The translations under genes and the position numbers were made by a program. From positions 1-55,514 of the forward strand of contig JAGVZW010000034.1 of the NCBI GenBank assembly GCA_018302235.1: a stretch of DNA of 55,514 nucleotides. Direction: 5' to 3'. Source of the DNA: Candidatus Woesearchaeota archaeon. Lineage in GTDB: Archaea; Nanobdellota; Nanobdellia; SCGC-AAA011-G17; GW2011-AR18. This document shows positions 8,543-17,080 of this stretch, piece by piece (positions within the stretch are counted from its first letter, which is position 1; the number at the start of each line of letters is the position of its first letter). The notes beneath the pieces were generated by a model. That model saw only the letters and a program-made list of their open reading frames with translations. It did not search any database and had not been told where the DNA came from.

Positions 8543-9736
8543 ATGAATTATGATTTATTGTTTGCAATAATCTTTTATGGTATACTATATTTACTATTTT
8601 TAAAATATAGATCTAGATTTGATATCCAAGGAAAGATTTTTGTAATGCTTAGAACAAAAATTGGATTAAAATTAATGGACAATATCGCAAAAAGATGTCC
8701 TAGATTATTAAAATATCTTGGTTATTTTGGTATATTGATTTGTTTTATAGGGATGGGTTTTATATTTTATTATTTAATAAAGGGTACCCTTGATTTAATG
8801 TTTAAACCAGATGTTATTCCAATATTATCGCCAGTTTTACCTGGTGTAGAAGTTCCAGGGTTACCAATAGTTATGTCATTTTGGCATTGGATTATTGGAA
8901 TTTTAATTGTTGCTGGAATACATGAATTTTCACATGGTTTATACGCTAGGTTGGCTAGAATTAAGATAAAGAGCTCTGGCATAGCTTTTTTGGGTCCTAT
9001 TTTGGCTGCTTTTGTTGAGCCAGATGAAAAAGAAATGAAAAATATAAGCGTAAGAAAGCAATTATCTATAATGATGGGGGGTCCTTTTTCTAATTTTTTG
9101 AGTGGTGCTGTTTTTTTTCTTATCTTAATTTTAATTTTAGATCCTTTGGCTGGAAATATGGTTGAATATAATGGTGTTAAAATTATAAGTATAAATGAAG
9201 AATTACCTATTAATAGCTCTGGTTTAAAGATTGGAGATGAGATTACTTATATAGATAATTACCCTATCTTTAATCAAAAAGATTTTGTTTCTGTATTAGA
9301 TACTAAAAAACCAGGAGATGTTATTGAAGTAGAAACTTTAGATGGGTTTAATGAAGTTGAATTGGTTGCTAGAGAGAGAAATCAAAGTGAGGCTCTAATG
9401 GGATTGAGTGTTACATATAGTTCTATTGATATAAAAGATGGTAAAAATAAAATCCTAGCTTATATTTTACTTTGGCTTGTTGAATTATTTTTCTGGCTTT
9501 ATGTGATCAGCTTTGGTATAGGATTGTTTAATTTATTACCGCTTGGTCCATTGGATGGGGGAAGAATGTTTATGATTGTAATTAAAAACTATATTAAACA
9601 AGAGAATATTGGTAATATTATTATTAAAACAATGACATGGTTTTGTTTAGTTTTAATATTTATTAACTTATTACCTTTTATTTGGAAATTATTAAATTGG
9701 TTACTTGGTGGAATTGTATTTATATTTGGCATATAG
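8543..9736 (+). CDS. site-2 protease family (M50) membrane metalloprotease with PDZ domain
   Basis: HEFSHG (HExxH), NLLPLGPLDGGR motif, multiple TMs, internal PDZ-like segment (GLKIGDEI). Confidence 0.85.
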   Translation: MNYDLLFAIIFYGILYLLFLKYRSRFDIQGKIFVMLRTKIGLKLMDNIAKRCPRLLKYLGYFGILICFIGMGFIFYYLIKGTLDLMFKPDVIPILSPVLPGVEVPGLPIVMSFWHWIIGILIVAGIHEFSHGLYARLARIKIKSSGIAFLGPILAAFVEPDEKEMKNISVRKQLSIMMGGPFSNFLSGAVFFLILILILDPLAGNMVEYNGVKIISINEELPINSSGLKIGDEITYIDNYPIFNQKDFVSVLDTKKPGDVIEVETLDGFNEVELVARERNQSEALMGLSVTYSSIDIKDGKNKILAYILLWLVELFFWLYVISFGIGLFNLLPLGPLDGGRMFMIVIKNYIKQENIGNIIIKTMTWFCLVLIFINLLPFIWKLLNWLLGGIVFIFGI

Positions 9737-10097
9737 TTTCTTTCATAGAAAAGATAATAAATATGAAATTTATTCTTTTTAAAAAACTAAGGTGTGTTAA
9801 ATTATGAAGTAAGTTTTTTTGAAACATATGGGCTTTATATTGACAACTAAAATAGGAATTATTTGATGGAAGAGAGCTGTTAGGGACATAAGAAGAATGT
9901 TGATTGAAATAAGAGAAAAAGATACTATTGAAACAAATGTTTGTCCTGATTGTGAACAATTAGAAGATGCTTTGACTCTTGGTTTATAAAGATAAACAAG
10001 AAGAAGTGGTTCTAAAAAGGAATATTTTGGGTTTGTAAGGGATTTTTTAGATTGTTATTTGAAATAAATTTATATATTTCTTTTTTAATCTTTATCT

Positions 10098-10901
10098 ATG
10101 TATATAGATACTCATGCTCATTTAGACAGTAAAAAATTTTCTAATGATTTAGATGTAGTAATTAAAAGAGCAAAAGAAAAAATGGTTGTAAGTATTTTAA
10201 CATCTGGTGTGAATCATTCTTCTAACCTAAAGGCATTAGAATTAAGCAAAAAATATGATATTGTTAATGCTTCTCTTGGTTTGTATCCAATTGATGCACT
10301 TGCTAAAGAGATTGAGTCTGATGGATTGGCTAGAGATATTGAACCTATAGATGTTGATGAAGAATTAGAATTTATTAAAGAAAATAAAAATAATATTTTG
10401 GCTGTTGGGGAGGTTGGTATGGACTTTTCTTTATCTAATAAAAAAGAAGAACAAAAAATACATTTTCAAAAAATAATCAGTATGGTGGAGAAAATAAATA
10501 AACCTATCATTGTTCATACAAGAAAAGCTGAATTAGAATGTATTGATTTGTTAGAGTCTTCAAGATTAAAAAAAATTGTTTTGCATTGTTTTCAAGGAAA
10601 TAAAAAATTAATTAAAAGAGCAGAGGATTTAGGCTATAACTTCTCTATCCCCCCTATTATAATGCGATTGCAGCATTTTCAAATGTTAGTTAATATGGTT
10701 TCATTAGACAAAATTTTAACTGAAACAGATGCGCCATATCTTTCTCATCTAGTTGGAGAAAGAAATGAACCTGTTAATGTTATAATTACTGTAAAAAAAA
10801 TTTCTGAAATAAAAAAATTAACAGAAGAAGAAACAAAAAAAATTATTTATAACAACTATAAAAAAAATTTCGAAATAAAAACCTTTTTAAATAAAATGTA
10901 A
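10098..10901 (+). CDS. TatD-family metal-dependent hydrolase/DNase
   Basis: YIDTHAHLD start, EVGMD, HCF and ETDAPY motifs. Confidence 0.85.
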   Translation: MYIDTHAHLDSKKFSNDLDVVIKRAKEKMVVSILTSGVNHSSNLKALELSKKYDIVNASLGLYPIDALAKEIESDGLARDIEPIDVDEELEFIKENKNNILAVGEVGMDFSLSNKKEEQKIHFQKIISMVEKINKPIIVHTRKAELECIDLLESSRLKKIVLHCFQGNKKLIKRAEDLGYNFSIPPIIMRLQHFQMLVNMVSLDKILTETDAPYLSHLVGERNEPVNVIITVKKISEIKKLTEEETKKIIYNNYKKNFEIKTFLNKM

Positions 10902-10957
10902 TTAATATATTTATGAATGATTATATAAATCTTCATGGGAGAGAGAGGTGATATAAA

Positions 10958-10999
10958 ATGCCAACAAGAAAAAAAGCATCAAAGAAAAAAAGAAGATAA
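10958..10999 (+). CDS. tiny basic ORF (13 aa, MPTRKKASKKKRR), speculative
   Basis: Preceded by gagagaggtgat (Shine-Dalgarno-like) 7 nt upstream. No homology claimed. Confidence 0.2.
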   Translation: MPTRKKASKKKRR

Positions 11000-11010
11000 A
11001 TTTTCTTTTT

Positions 11011-11598
11011 TTATATTTTTAAAAATATACCCTTTGGTCCTGGGTTGATGCATAATGTTTTATTAATATATGATGATTTTCTTTCGTTTTCATGTAAATG
11101 ACCTGAAATTACTATTTTTGGGGAATATTTTAAGATTATATCTCTTAATGTTTTGTTTCCAACATGGATTTTATTAATTATATCTAAATCTGTTTTATAT
11201 GGGGGAAAATGGGTGACGATAATTAATTTTTTATTTTCAAATTTATTTTCAAATTTTTTGAAATTATTAAACAAGTCATTTGCTGTTTGTGAAAATCCAC
11301 CCCCACCATAACCGTAAAAACAATAATCATCTTTTATGTAGATTTGTTTATGTAATGGAATCAAATTTTCAGATTTAAAACTAAAAATGTCTGCTGCTGT
11401 TTCGTGATTACCTGGAATAATAAGTGTTGGTTTATTTAGTTTTTTTAAGACTGTCATTGAAGAATTTAAATTTCTGGCAAAAAAGCTTATATCTCCTGCA
11501 CAAATCAGTATATCTGGATCATATTTCTTTGTTTTTTTGTTTATTATATCTAAATAGGTAATTTCATCATGAATATCACTAAATGCTAATATTTTCAT
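11011..11598 (-). CDS. calcineurin-like metallophosphoesterase
   Basis: SDIHDE, GDISF, GNHE and GHLH motifs. Confidence 0.8.
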   Translation of the reverse strand: MKILAFSDIHDEITYLDIINKKTKKYDPDILICAGDISFFARNLNSSMTVLKKLNKPTLIIPGNHETAADIFSFKSENLIPLHKQIYIKDDYCFYGYGGGGFSQTANDLFNNFKKFENKFENKKLIIVTHFPPYKTDLDIINKIHVGNKTLRDIILKYSPKIVISGHLHENERKSSYINKTLCINPGPKGIFLKI

Positions 11599-11648
11599 CT
11601 AATTCTAAATAAAGTAAGATTTTTAAAAGTTATTAGTTTTTTATTTTA

Positions 11649-12659
11649 ATGAAAATTTGTATCTTTTACACTGCTGCTTTAGGAAATGGTCATAAAAAAT
11701 GTGCAGAGGTTTTAGAAAAAAAATTAAAAGATGGATATGATATTAAACTTATTGATTCGTTAAAAGAATTAAAATTAAATTATTTAATAGGAAATAGTTA
11801 TTTTTTAATTTTAAAATATTTTTCAGGATTTTATGGGAATATATATTTAAATGAAAAAAAATTATTTAAAAAATATTCTATTTTAAAAGATTTTTTTTTA
11901 TATCTCTGTTCTTTTAGATTTAAAAGGATCATTGAAGAAGAAAAACCCGATTTAGTAATCTGCACGCAGGCTTTTCCTTGTGCTGTGTTCTCGAGAATTA
12001 AAAAAAATTATAAGCTATTTGCGGTTATTACTGATTTTCACCTGAATTCTTCTTGGATAAATAAGAATGTAGATTATTATGCTGTATCTTGCAATGAGAT
12101 TAAGAAAAAATTAGAAGAAGAGAATATTGATAAAGATAAGATAAAGGTTACTGGAATACCTGTTGATGTGTTAAATAAAACCTCTAAAAAAAAATATATT
12201 TTAATTATGGGTGGTGGTGCTGGACTAGGCGACATAGAATCTGTGGTTAATAAGTTAAAAGATAACTTTCAACTTAAGGTTGTTGCTGGAAAAAATAAAG
12301 GATTAAAGAAAAGATTAGAGGGAAAGTGTAAGGTTTATGGCTTTGTAGATGATATAGACAATATTTATGCTGAATCTTTTTTAGTTATAACAAAACCTGG
12401 CGGGTTAACTGTATCTGAATTGCTCAATATACAACTTCCTATGATATTATTGGATCCATTACCTGGTCAAGAAGAAAAGAATTTTGAGTACTTAATTAAA
12501 AATAAGATTGCATATAAACTTAATGATGATTTGATTGGATTAATAAATAAAATTATTAGCAGTAATCATGAAAAAATAAAGGACTTTTCAAGGCCTGAGG
12601 CTGCAGTAGAGGTGTTGCATCTCATTAATGACCTTTTAAAGCCCTTCAAAGAAAAATAA
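11649..12659 (+). CDS. glycosyltransferase, MGDG-synthase/UgtP-like (GT28 type)
   Basis: N-terminal GNGHKK, central MGGGAGLG and C-terminal KPGGLTVSE...GQEEKN motifs, as in diacylglycerol glycosyltransferases. Confidence 0.7.
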   Translation: MKICIFYTAALGNGHKKCAEVLEKKLKDGYDIKLIDSLKELKLNYLIGNSYFLILKYFSGFYGNIYLNEKKLFKKYSILKDFFLYLCSFRFKRIIEEEKPDLVICTQAFPCAVFSRIKKNYKLFAVITDFHLNSSWINKNVDYYAVSCNEIKKKLEEENIDKDKIKVTGIPVDVLNKTSKKKYILIMGGGAGLGDIESVVNKLKDNFQLKVVAGKNKGLKKRLEGKCKVYGFVDDIDNIYAESFLVITKPGGLTVSELLNIQLPMILLDPLPGQEEKNFEYLIKNKIAYKLNDDLIGLINKIISSNHEKIKDFSRPEAAVEVLHLINDLLKPFKEK

Positions 12660-12791
12660 ATTTTCTTCGTCTTCTCTATAGTCATCTATATATCCTATCA
12701 TCATTGCTTCCTCTATGTCGTTAATTTGATCTTCATCTCTTAATATTTCTAAGAATGTTTTGGAATAAACTGTGTTATTTAGGCTTTGCAT
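12636..12791 (-). CDS. small acidic ORF (51 aa), speculative
   Basis: ggagg 8 nt upstream of the ATG. Translation MQSLNNTVYSKTFLEILRDEDQINDIEEAMMIGYIDDYREDEENLFFFEGL. Downstream of cdc6 on the same strand. Confidence 0.3.
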   Translation of the reverse strand: MQSLNNTVYSKTFLEILRDEDQINDIEEAMMIGYIDDYREDEENLFFFEGL

Positions 12792-12880
12792 TTTATTTCC
12801 TCCTTTTTTATTGGTAGATTCATGATTTGTTGACTAAACAACCTTGAAATCAATTCGATTTCTTTTTTTTCTGTTTTCAT
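12779..12880 (-). CDS. small ORF (33 aa), speculative
   Basis: gggggtggt upstream of the ATG. Translation MKTEKKEIELISRLFSQQIMNLPIKKEEIKCKA. Its end overlaps the start region of the next small ORF. Confidence 0.25.
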   Translation of the reverse strand: MKTEKKEIELISRLFSQQIMNLPIKKEEIKCKA

Positions 12881-12969
12881 ATTTACCACCCCCTAAGATA
12901 TTAAGAATTTTTCATATTTAAGTCTCACGAGTATTTGTCTAGTGTGTCCAGTAGAAAAAATAATAATTT

Positions 12970-14043
12970 TTAATCATTGCTAAATTGATCTAATTTTGTT
13001 TCAAAAAAAATTTGGGTGGTTCTTCCCTCATACCCTAGATTTAATTCTTTAAGATTGATTAGTTTTGATTTTTGTAAGTCTTTAATTTTTCTAGAAAATG
13101 TTCTATATGTCTTTTTACCGCCTATTTCTTCATATTCCTTGAATACTTCTAAGACTGTTTTTCCTGAATTTTGTTTTATTAAATCTAATATTTGTTGTGA
13201 TTCTTTGTTTAATTCTTGTATTTTTTTAATTTTGAATTCAGATAGTTTTGAAATTGCTATGTTTGTGTGTTCTTCTAAGATTTTTTTAGATGATTTTGCT
13301 TCGGCTATAATTCCTGATTCTTTCATTAAAAATAACCCGGCTCTAATGTCTTGTAGTTCAAATGTTTTTTTACAGATTTTATAGAATGATTCTTGGTTTA
13401 AAACCCCTGGAAAGAATGCATATCCTTTTCTCTGTGCTAAAATTCCTGTTGTTTCTTCTTCATTATACGGCTCAAAATTTAATAAATCTGGGATTAGTCT
13501 TGATCTAATTCTGTTATCCATATCTGCCATAAATAATTCGTCATTTGTAATCAAAATGATTGTTTTTTTATGAATATCTTCTAATAAAGAATAAATTATT
13601 GATTGATCTTCTAATTTATCTACTTCATCTAACACTATAACTACTGATTTTTTGTTTAATATATTTGCTGCTACTTGTATTAAATCTTCTCCGCTCTTAT
13701 TATGCGTCCAAGAATAATTAATTTGGTGGCATAATTCAGTAATTATTTTAAAGAAAGAATCTTTTTTCCAACAATTTATGTATATTTGGTAGATATTATC
13801 AGTTTCATTTTCTAAATCTCTTAAAACAGATCTTATTGCTGCTGTTTTTCCTATCCCTGGTTGACCTGTGATGATTATATTTCTTCCGTTTCTTTTTTGC
13901 AATAGTGGTTTTATACACTCTGCAATATAATGTTGTTGTGTTTCTCTGTATTTTATTTCTTTTGGCAAATAATCATAATCTAAGGCTGTTTCGTTTTGAA
14001 ATAATGTTTCATTTGATTGTAATATATCTTTGAATAAGGACAT
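12970..14043 (-). CDS. cdc6: Orc1/Cdc6 replication initiator
   Basis: Walker A GQPGIGKT, Walker B VIVLDEVD, C-terminal winged-helix-like region. Confidence 0.9.
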   Translation of the reverse strand: MSLFKDILQSNETLFQNETALDYDYLPKEIKYRETQQHYIAECIKPLLQKRNGRNIIITGQPGIGKTAAIRSVLRDLENETDNIYQIYINCWKKDSFFKIITELCHQINYSWTHNKSGEDLIQVAANILNKKSVVIVLDEVDKLEDQSIIYSLLEDIHKKTIILITNDELFMADMDNRIRSRLIPDLLNFEPYNEEETTGILAQRKGYAFFPGVLNQESFYKICKKTFELQDIRAGLFLMKESGIIAEAKSSKKILEEHTNIAISKLSEFKIKKIQELNKESQQILDLIKQNSGKTVLEVFKEYEEIGGKKTYRTFSRKIKDLQKSKLINLKELNLGYEGRTTQIFFETKLDQFSND

Positions 14044-14175
14044 AATAAATTAGGGTTCGTTTTAATTATAAAGATTATTATGAAAAAGAAAATTAATAAT
14101 TGCAACAAAGAATATCTTCTATCCGTGTATGCGTATTTATATAGTATTGTCCTTCGCCTGGCCCACATGCTAATC

Positions 14176-14508
14176 CTAAAATTCTGGCCGATACGAGCAG
14201 TCTTCTAATATAAATTCATTTGTGCTAAATAACTTACGGTTACAATATTCATCACTAAAATAACCTACTTCTGTATTAAGTTGAGATGCTAAACACCTAG
14301 AATAACCCATTTCTTCACATATCTCTTCTCCATTCATCCTTATACTCCTAAAGTCTGGTATTCTAGATAATATATAATCCTCTGAAACAAAATAACATCC
14401 AGAATAATCAGGTAATTCTTGGGATATGTGGTTCTGTTCTCCTAAAAATCCCATCCTTCCCGTATAGCTAATACCTATTGTTCCTATCATAAGAACAATA
14501 ACAATCAT
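14176..14508 (-). CDS. Cys-rich N-terminally anchored protein family, copy C1 (possibly decaying)
   Basis: Shares G-x-E-I-C...GYSRC(L/F) and later Cys positions with 15093-15482 and 19717-20151. The frame stays open 11 codons further upstream to an SD-positioned ATA (14541). The CC tail survives only as an out-of-frame remnant near 14091-14114. Confidence 0.5.
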   Translation of the reverse strand: MIVIVLMIGTIGISYTGRMGFLGEQNHISQELPDYSGCYFVSEDYILSRIPDFRSIRMNGEEICEEMGYSRCLASQLNTEVGYFSDEYCNRKLFSTNEFILEDCSYRPEF

Positions 14509-14510
14509 AA

Positions 14511-14589
14511 CTAAACTAATGTAAAAATATTTATCTTCTATTTTATCACCTCTAAATTTTTATAAGAAAATTAAGATGAAGATATATAT
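14511..14589. repeat. 79-bp leader repeat, copy 1 (identical to 15485-15563)
   Basis: Base-by-base comparison found no mismatch. Covers the 5-prime leader and promoter region of C1. Confidence 0.9.
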
Positions 14590-14636
14590 TGGAAAAATTC
14601 CGAAAAACATATAAATAATATAATCTTCTTAATATT

Positions 14637-14801
14637 ATGACATCAACTATTGAAACAATACATGAAGATTTATTAGATTTAAAGAAAGATGTTACTTTTA
14701 TTAAAAATATACTTTCTGAAGAATTTGAATTAAGTGATTCTGCTTTTAATGCTTTGAAAAAGGCTAGAGAAACACCAGAATCTGAATATATAGATTTATA
14801 A
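14637..14801 (+). CDS. putative antitoxin of the RelE/ParE module (54 aa)
   Basis: Own translation MTSTIETIHEDLLDLKKDVTFIKNILSEEFELSDSAFNALKKARETPESEYIDL. Its stop overlaps the toxin ATG by 1 nt (TAATG). Confidence 0.55.
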   Translation: MTSTIETIHEDLLDLKKDVTFIKNILSEEFELSDSAFNALKKARETPESEYIDL

Positions 14802-15058
14802 TGACTTATAAAATTAAATTACATCCAGAAGTACATAAATTTATTGAAAAATTGGATCAGAATATAGCAGAAAGAATTAGAAAGCGTTTAAAATTATTAG
14901 AAAATGAACCTTTTAGATATTTAGAACATTATGAAAGCCAAACTTTTTTTAAATTTAGAATAGGCGAATATAGGGCTTTAATAGATGTAGATACAATGCG
15001 ATTTACTATTTTTATTAGAGTATTAGATCACAGAAGTAAAATTTATAAAAGAAATTAA
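14801..15058 (+). CDS. relE: RelE/ParE-family type II toxin
   Basis: 85 aa. FKFRIGEYRALIDVD...IFIRVLDHRSKIY matches the RelE/ParE core pattern (R-x-G-x-YR...hR..vY). Confidence 0.75.
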   Translation: MTYKIKLHPEVHKFIEKLDQNIAERIRKRLKLLENEPFRYLEHYESQTFFKFRIGEYRALIDVDTMRFTIFIRVLDHRSKIYKRN

Positions 15059-15092
15059 AGAAAAATTTATTTTTTACAACAAACAATGCTCT

Positions 15093-15482
15093 CTAACTTA
15101 AGCCTTCCAACATTATATCTCCATTTTCTGGTTCAGTAAATTCTGGATCTAATATTAGATCACATTCATCAGGCACTTCATATGTTTCATCACAAGAAAT
15201 ACTTAAACTAATGTCATCTACATCTTGTAGTTTACCTTGACAACTGCCATCCGTTGAATCAAATGCTCCTTTTCTAAATCTAATATTTGAGAGAAAACAT
15301 CTATTATAATTTAAACTCGTACATATTTCATTTCCTGTTTTTCCACTATAACTAATGCCTGTTGCACTAAGTGCATTCTTATCAATAAATTCACAGTTTC
15401 CTAACATATCTGAATTTTCTTTATTCCAAAAGGCATATCCAGTAAAACCTAAACTTCCTAGAATTAAAATAGCAACAACCAT
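15093..15482 (-). CDS. Cys-rich N-terminally anchored protein family, copy C2 (tail disrupted)
   Basis: Paralog of C1 and C4. Stops at EGLS, and the family tail ...SIVCCKK follows out of frame (15067-15090). Same ATA-for-ATG leader as C1. Confidence 0.5.
   Translation of the reverse strand: MVVAILILGSLGFTGYAFWNKENSDMLGNCEFIDKNALSATGISYSGKTGNEICTSLNYNRCFLSNIRFRKGAFDSTDGSCQGKLQDVDDISLSISCDETYEVPDECDLILDPEFTEPENGDIMLEGLS
15386..15454. repeat. 69-bp coding repeat shared by C2 and C4 (other copy 20028-20096)
   Basis: Near-identical, about 2 mismatches. Encodes GFTGYAFWNKENSD(M/I)LGNCEFI. Confidence 0.85.
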
Positions 15483-15484
15483 AG

Positions 15485-15563
15485 CTAAACTAATGTAAAA
15501 ATATTTATCTTCTATTTTATCACCTCTAAATTTTTATAAGAAAATTAAGATGAAGATATATAT
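15485..15563. repeat. 79-bp leader repeat, copy 2 (identical to 14511-14589)
   Basis: See copy 1. It is followed by one extra TA unit relative to copy 1. Confidence 0.9.
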
Positions 15564-15700
15564 ATTATGGTTAATATTTGAATCTTCTTTTATAATTTTA
15601 TGATCAAACAATCCTAAACTAAGTATAATAACTATAATTTCATTACTTTTATAGAAATAATGAACATAATCTTTTTAAGATAAATAAATACTATTTGTTT

Positions 15701-17080
15701 ATGACTGAAAGAACTATGCGTCTTTTAATTAAAGTACTAAGTAAATTAAAAAAACAAGATAAAGCTGTAATAAAATCATTTGAAAAGAGGTATAAATCTT
15801 TTAAATTACATAAAGATTATATAAATGCAATAATTTTTACTTATTTTGAATTATTAAAAAATAAAGATTCTAAAGGATTAAAAAATGATCTTAAAGAATG
15901 GATTAATAATCTAATTAAAGATTGTTTAGTTCATTATGATTTAGAAAAAGAAAGTAAACTTTTAGATAAACTTTCAGATGAAAAAGAATTGGTCTATAAG
16001 GTACAAAAAAAACTTGAAGACTTATTAAATAATTTGAAGGTTGAACGATTAAGGGAAAAATTATTGGAAAAATATGAATGGATAAAAGAGGTGAATGTTG
16101 AAGAAATATCTAGTTTATTAGAAGAAAATGCGAGTTTACAATTTTCTTTAGTTGCAGAAGAACAAAGAATTTTAACTAACCTCATAGGTTCTTTAGACGG
16201 TTCTGGGGAGTTATATTCTAAGGACATGGAAGTGAAAGTAGAACAACTTTCTGGGATTATATATCAATTAGAAAAGCTTCTTATAGAAGAAAAAAGAAAA
16301 ATTATAGATCCACTTTATAGTATACTGGCTAGATGTTTGTTTAATATTAAGAAAGAAAAAATAACTAGAGAAGATGTGTTAGAAGATATTGAGGCCATGG
16401 TTGATCATTTAGATGCTATAAATTATTTGAATGCGCTTTTAAGTCTTAATGTTGATAGATCTATATTAAAATATGCACAAAGATTAGCTAAAGAGGCAGA
16501 AAAAAATGCTAGAAATGAAGTGGAATCATTAGAACAACAGGTGATTTTGGATTCATTTACTCGATTGTATAACAAAGCTTATTTTAATATTATGCTACAA
16601 AAATTCACAAAAAAGGCTATTGAAACAAATTCTCCTCTTTCATTAATTACGATTGATATTGATAATTTTAAAATAGTGAATGATCTTTATGGACATACTG
16701 TAGGTGATGATGTTATTAAAGGTTTAGTTGAAAAAATTAAACAAACTGTAAGAAGGAAACAAGATTTGCCTTGTAGATACGGCGGAGAAGAATTTTTTAT
16801 TCTTTTGCCGTATGTAAATTTAGAAGGAGCAAAAAAAATTGCTGAAAATATAAAAAAAGGATTTAAAGAATTGAAATTTGAAGTTGAAAGATATGCACAG
16901 CCACCAGAAAACTCTACAATAAAAATTCTGGAAGAGAATAATAAATATTATATTGGTGTTACTATTAGTATAGGAATTGCTGAATATAATAATGAATTGC
17001 CATTGGAGTTTGTAAAGAAAGCTGATGAGTTTTTAATAAAAGCTAAAAACATAGGGAAAGATTGTATAGTCACTCAATAA
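15701..17080 (+). CDS. GGDEF-domain diguanylate cyclase with about 280-aa helical N-terminal domain
   Basis: DSFTRLYNKAYF, IDIDNFKIVNDLYGHTVGDD, RKQD-LPCRY-GGEEF (I-site RxxD five residues before the A-site), SIGIAEY and ADEFLIKAKNIGKD. ATG at 15701 preferred over TTG at 15695. Confidence 0.85.
   Translation: MTERTMRLLIKVLSKLKKQDKAVIKSFEKRYKSFKLHKDYINAIIFTYFELLKNKDSKGLKNDLKEWINNLIKDCLVHYDLEKESKLLDKLSDEKELVYKVQKKLEDLLNNLKVERLREKLLEKYEWIKEVNVEEISSLLEENASLQFSLVAEEQRILTNLIGSLDGSGELYSKDMEVKVEQLSGIIYQLEKLLIEEKRKIIDPLYSILARCLFNIKKEKITREDVLEDIEAMVDHLDAINYLNALLSLNVDRSILKYAQRLAKEAEKNARNEVESLEQQVILDSFTRLYNKAYFNIMLQKFTKKAIETNSPLSLITIDIDNFKIVNDLYGHTVGDDVIKGLVEKIKQTVRRKQDLPCRYGGEEFFILLPYVNLEGAKKIAENIKKGFKELKFEVERYAQPPENSTIKILEENNKYYIGVTISIGIAEYNNELPLEFVKKADEFLIKAKNIGKDCIVTQ

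Noticed and set aside
9737-10097. 360-bp gap with a 79-aa minus-strand ORF (9720-9959) and a 30-codon plus-strand ORF (9897-9989, containing CPDC).
   Set aside because: The minus ORF is low-complexity and overlaps the M50 protease stop. The plus ORF is too short and has no SD or recognisable family. The region is left unannotated rather than called.
13980-14168. 62-aa minus-strand ORF between cdc6 and C1.
   Set aside because: It overlaps the cdc6 start and has a low-complexity translation. The only meaningful signal is an out-of-frame CC-tail remnant of the C family, reported under that finding.
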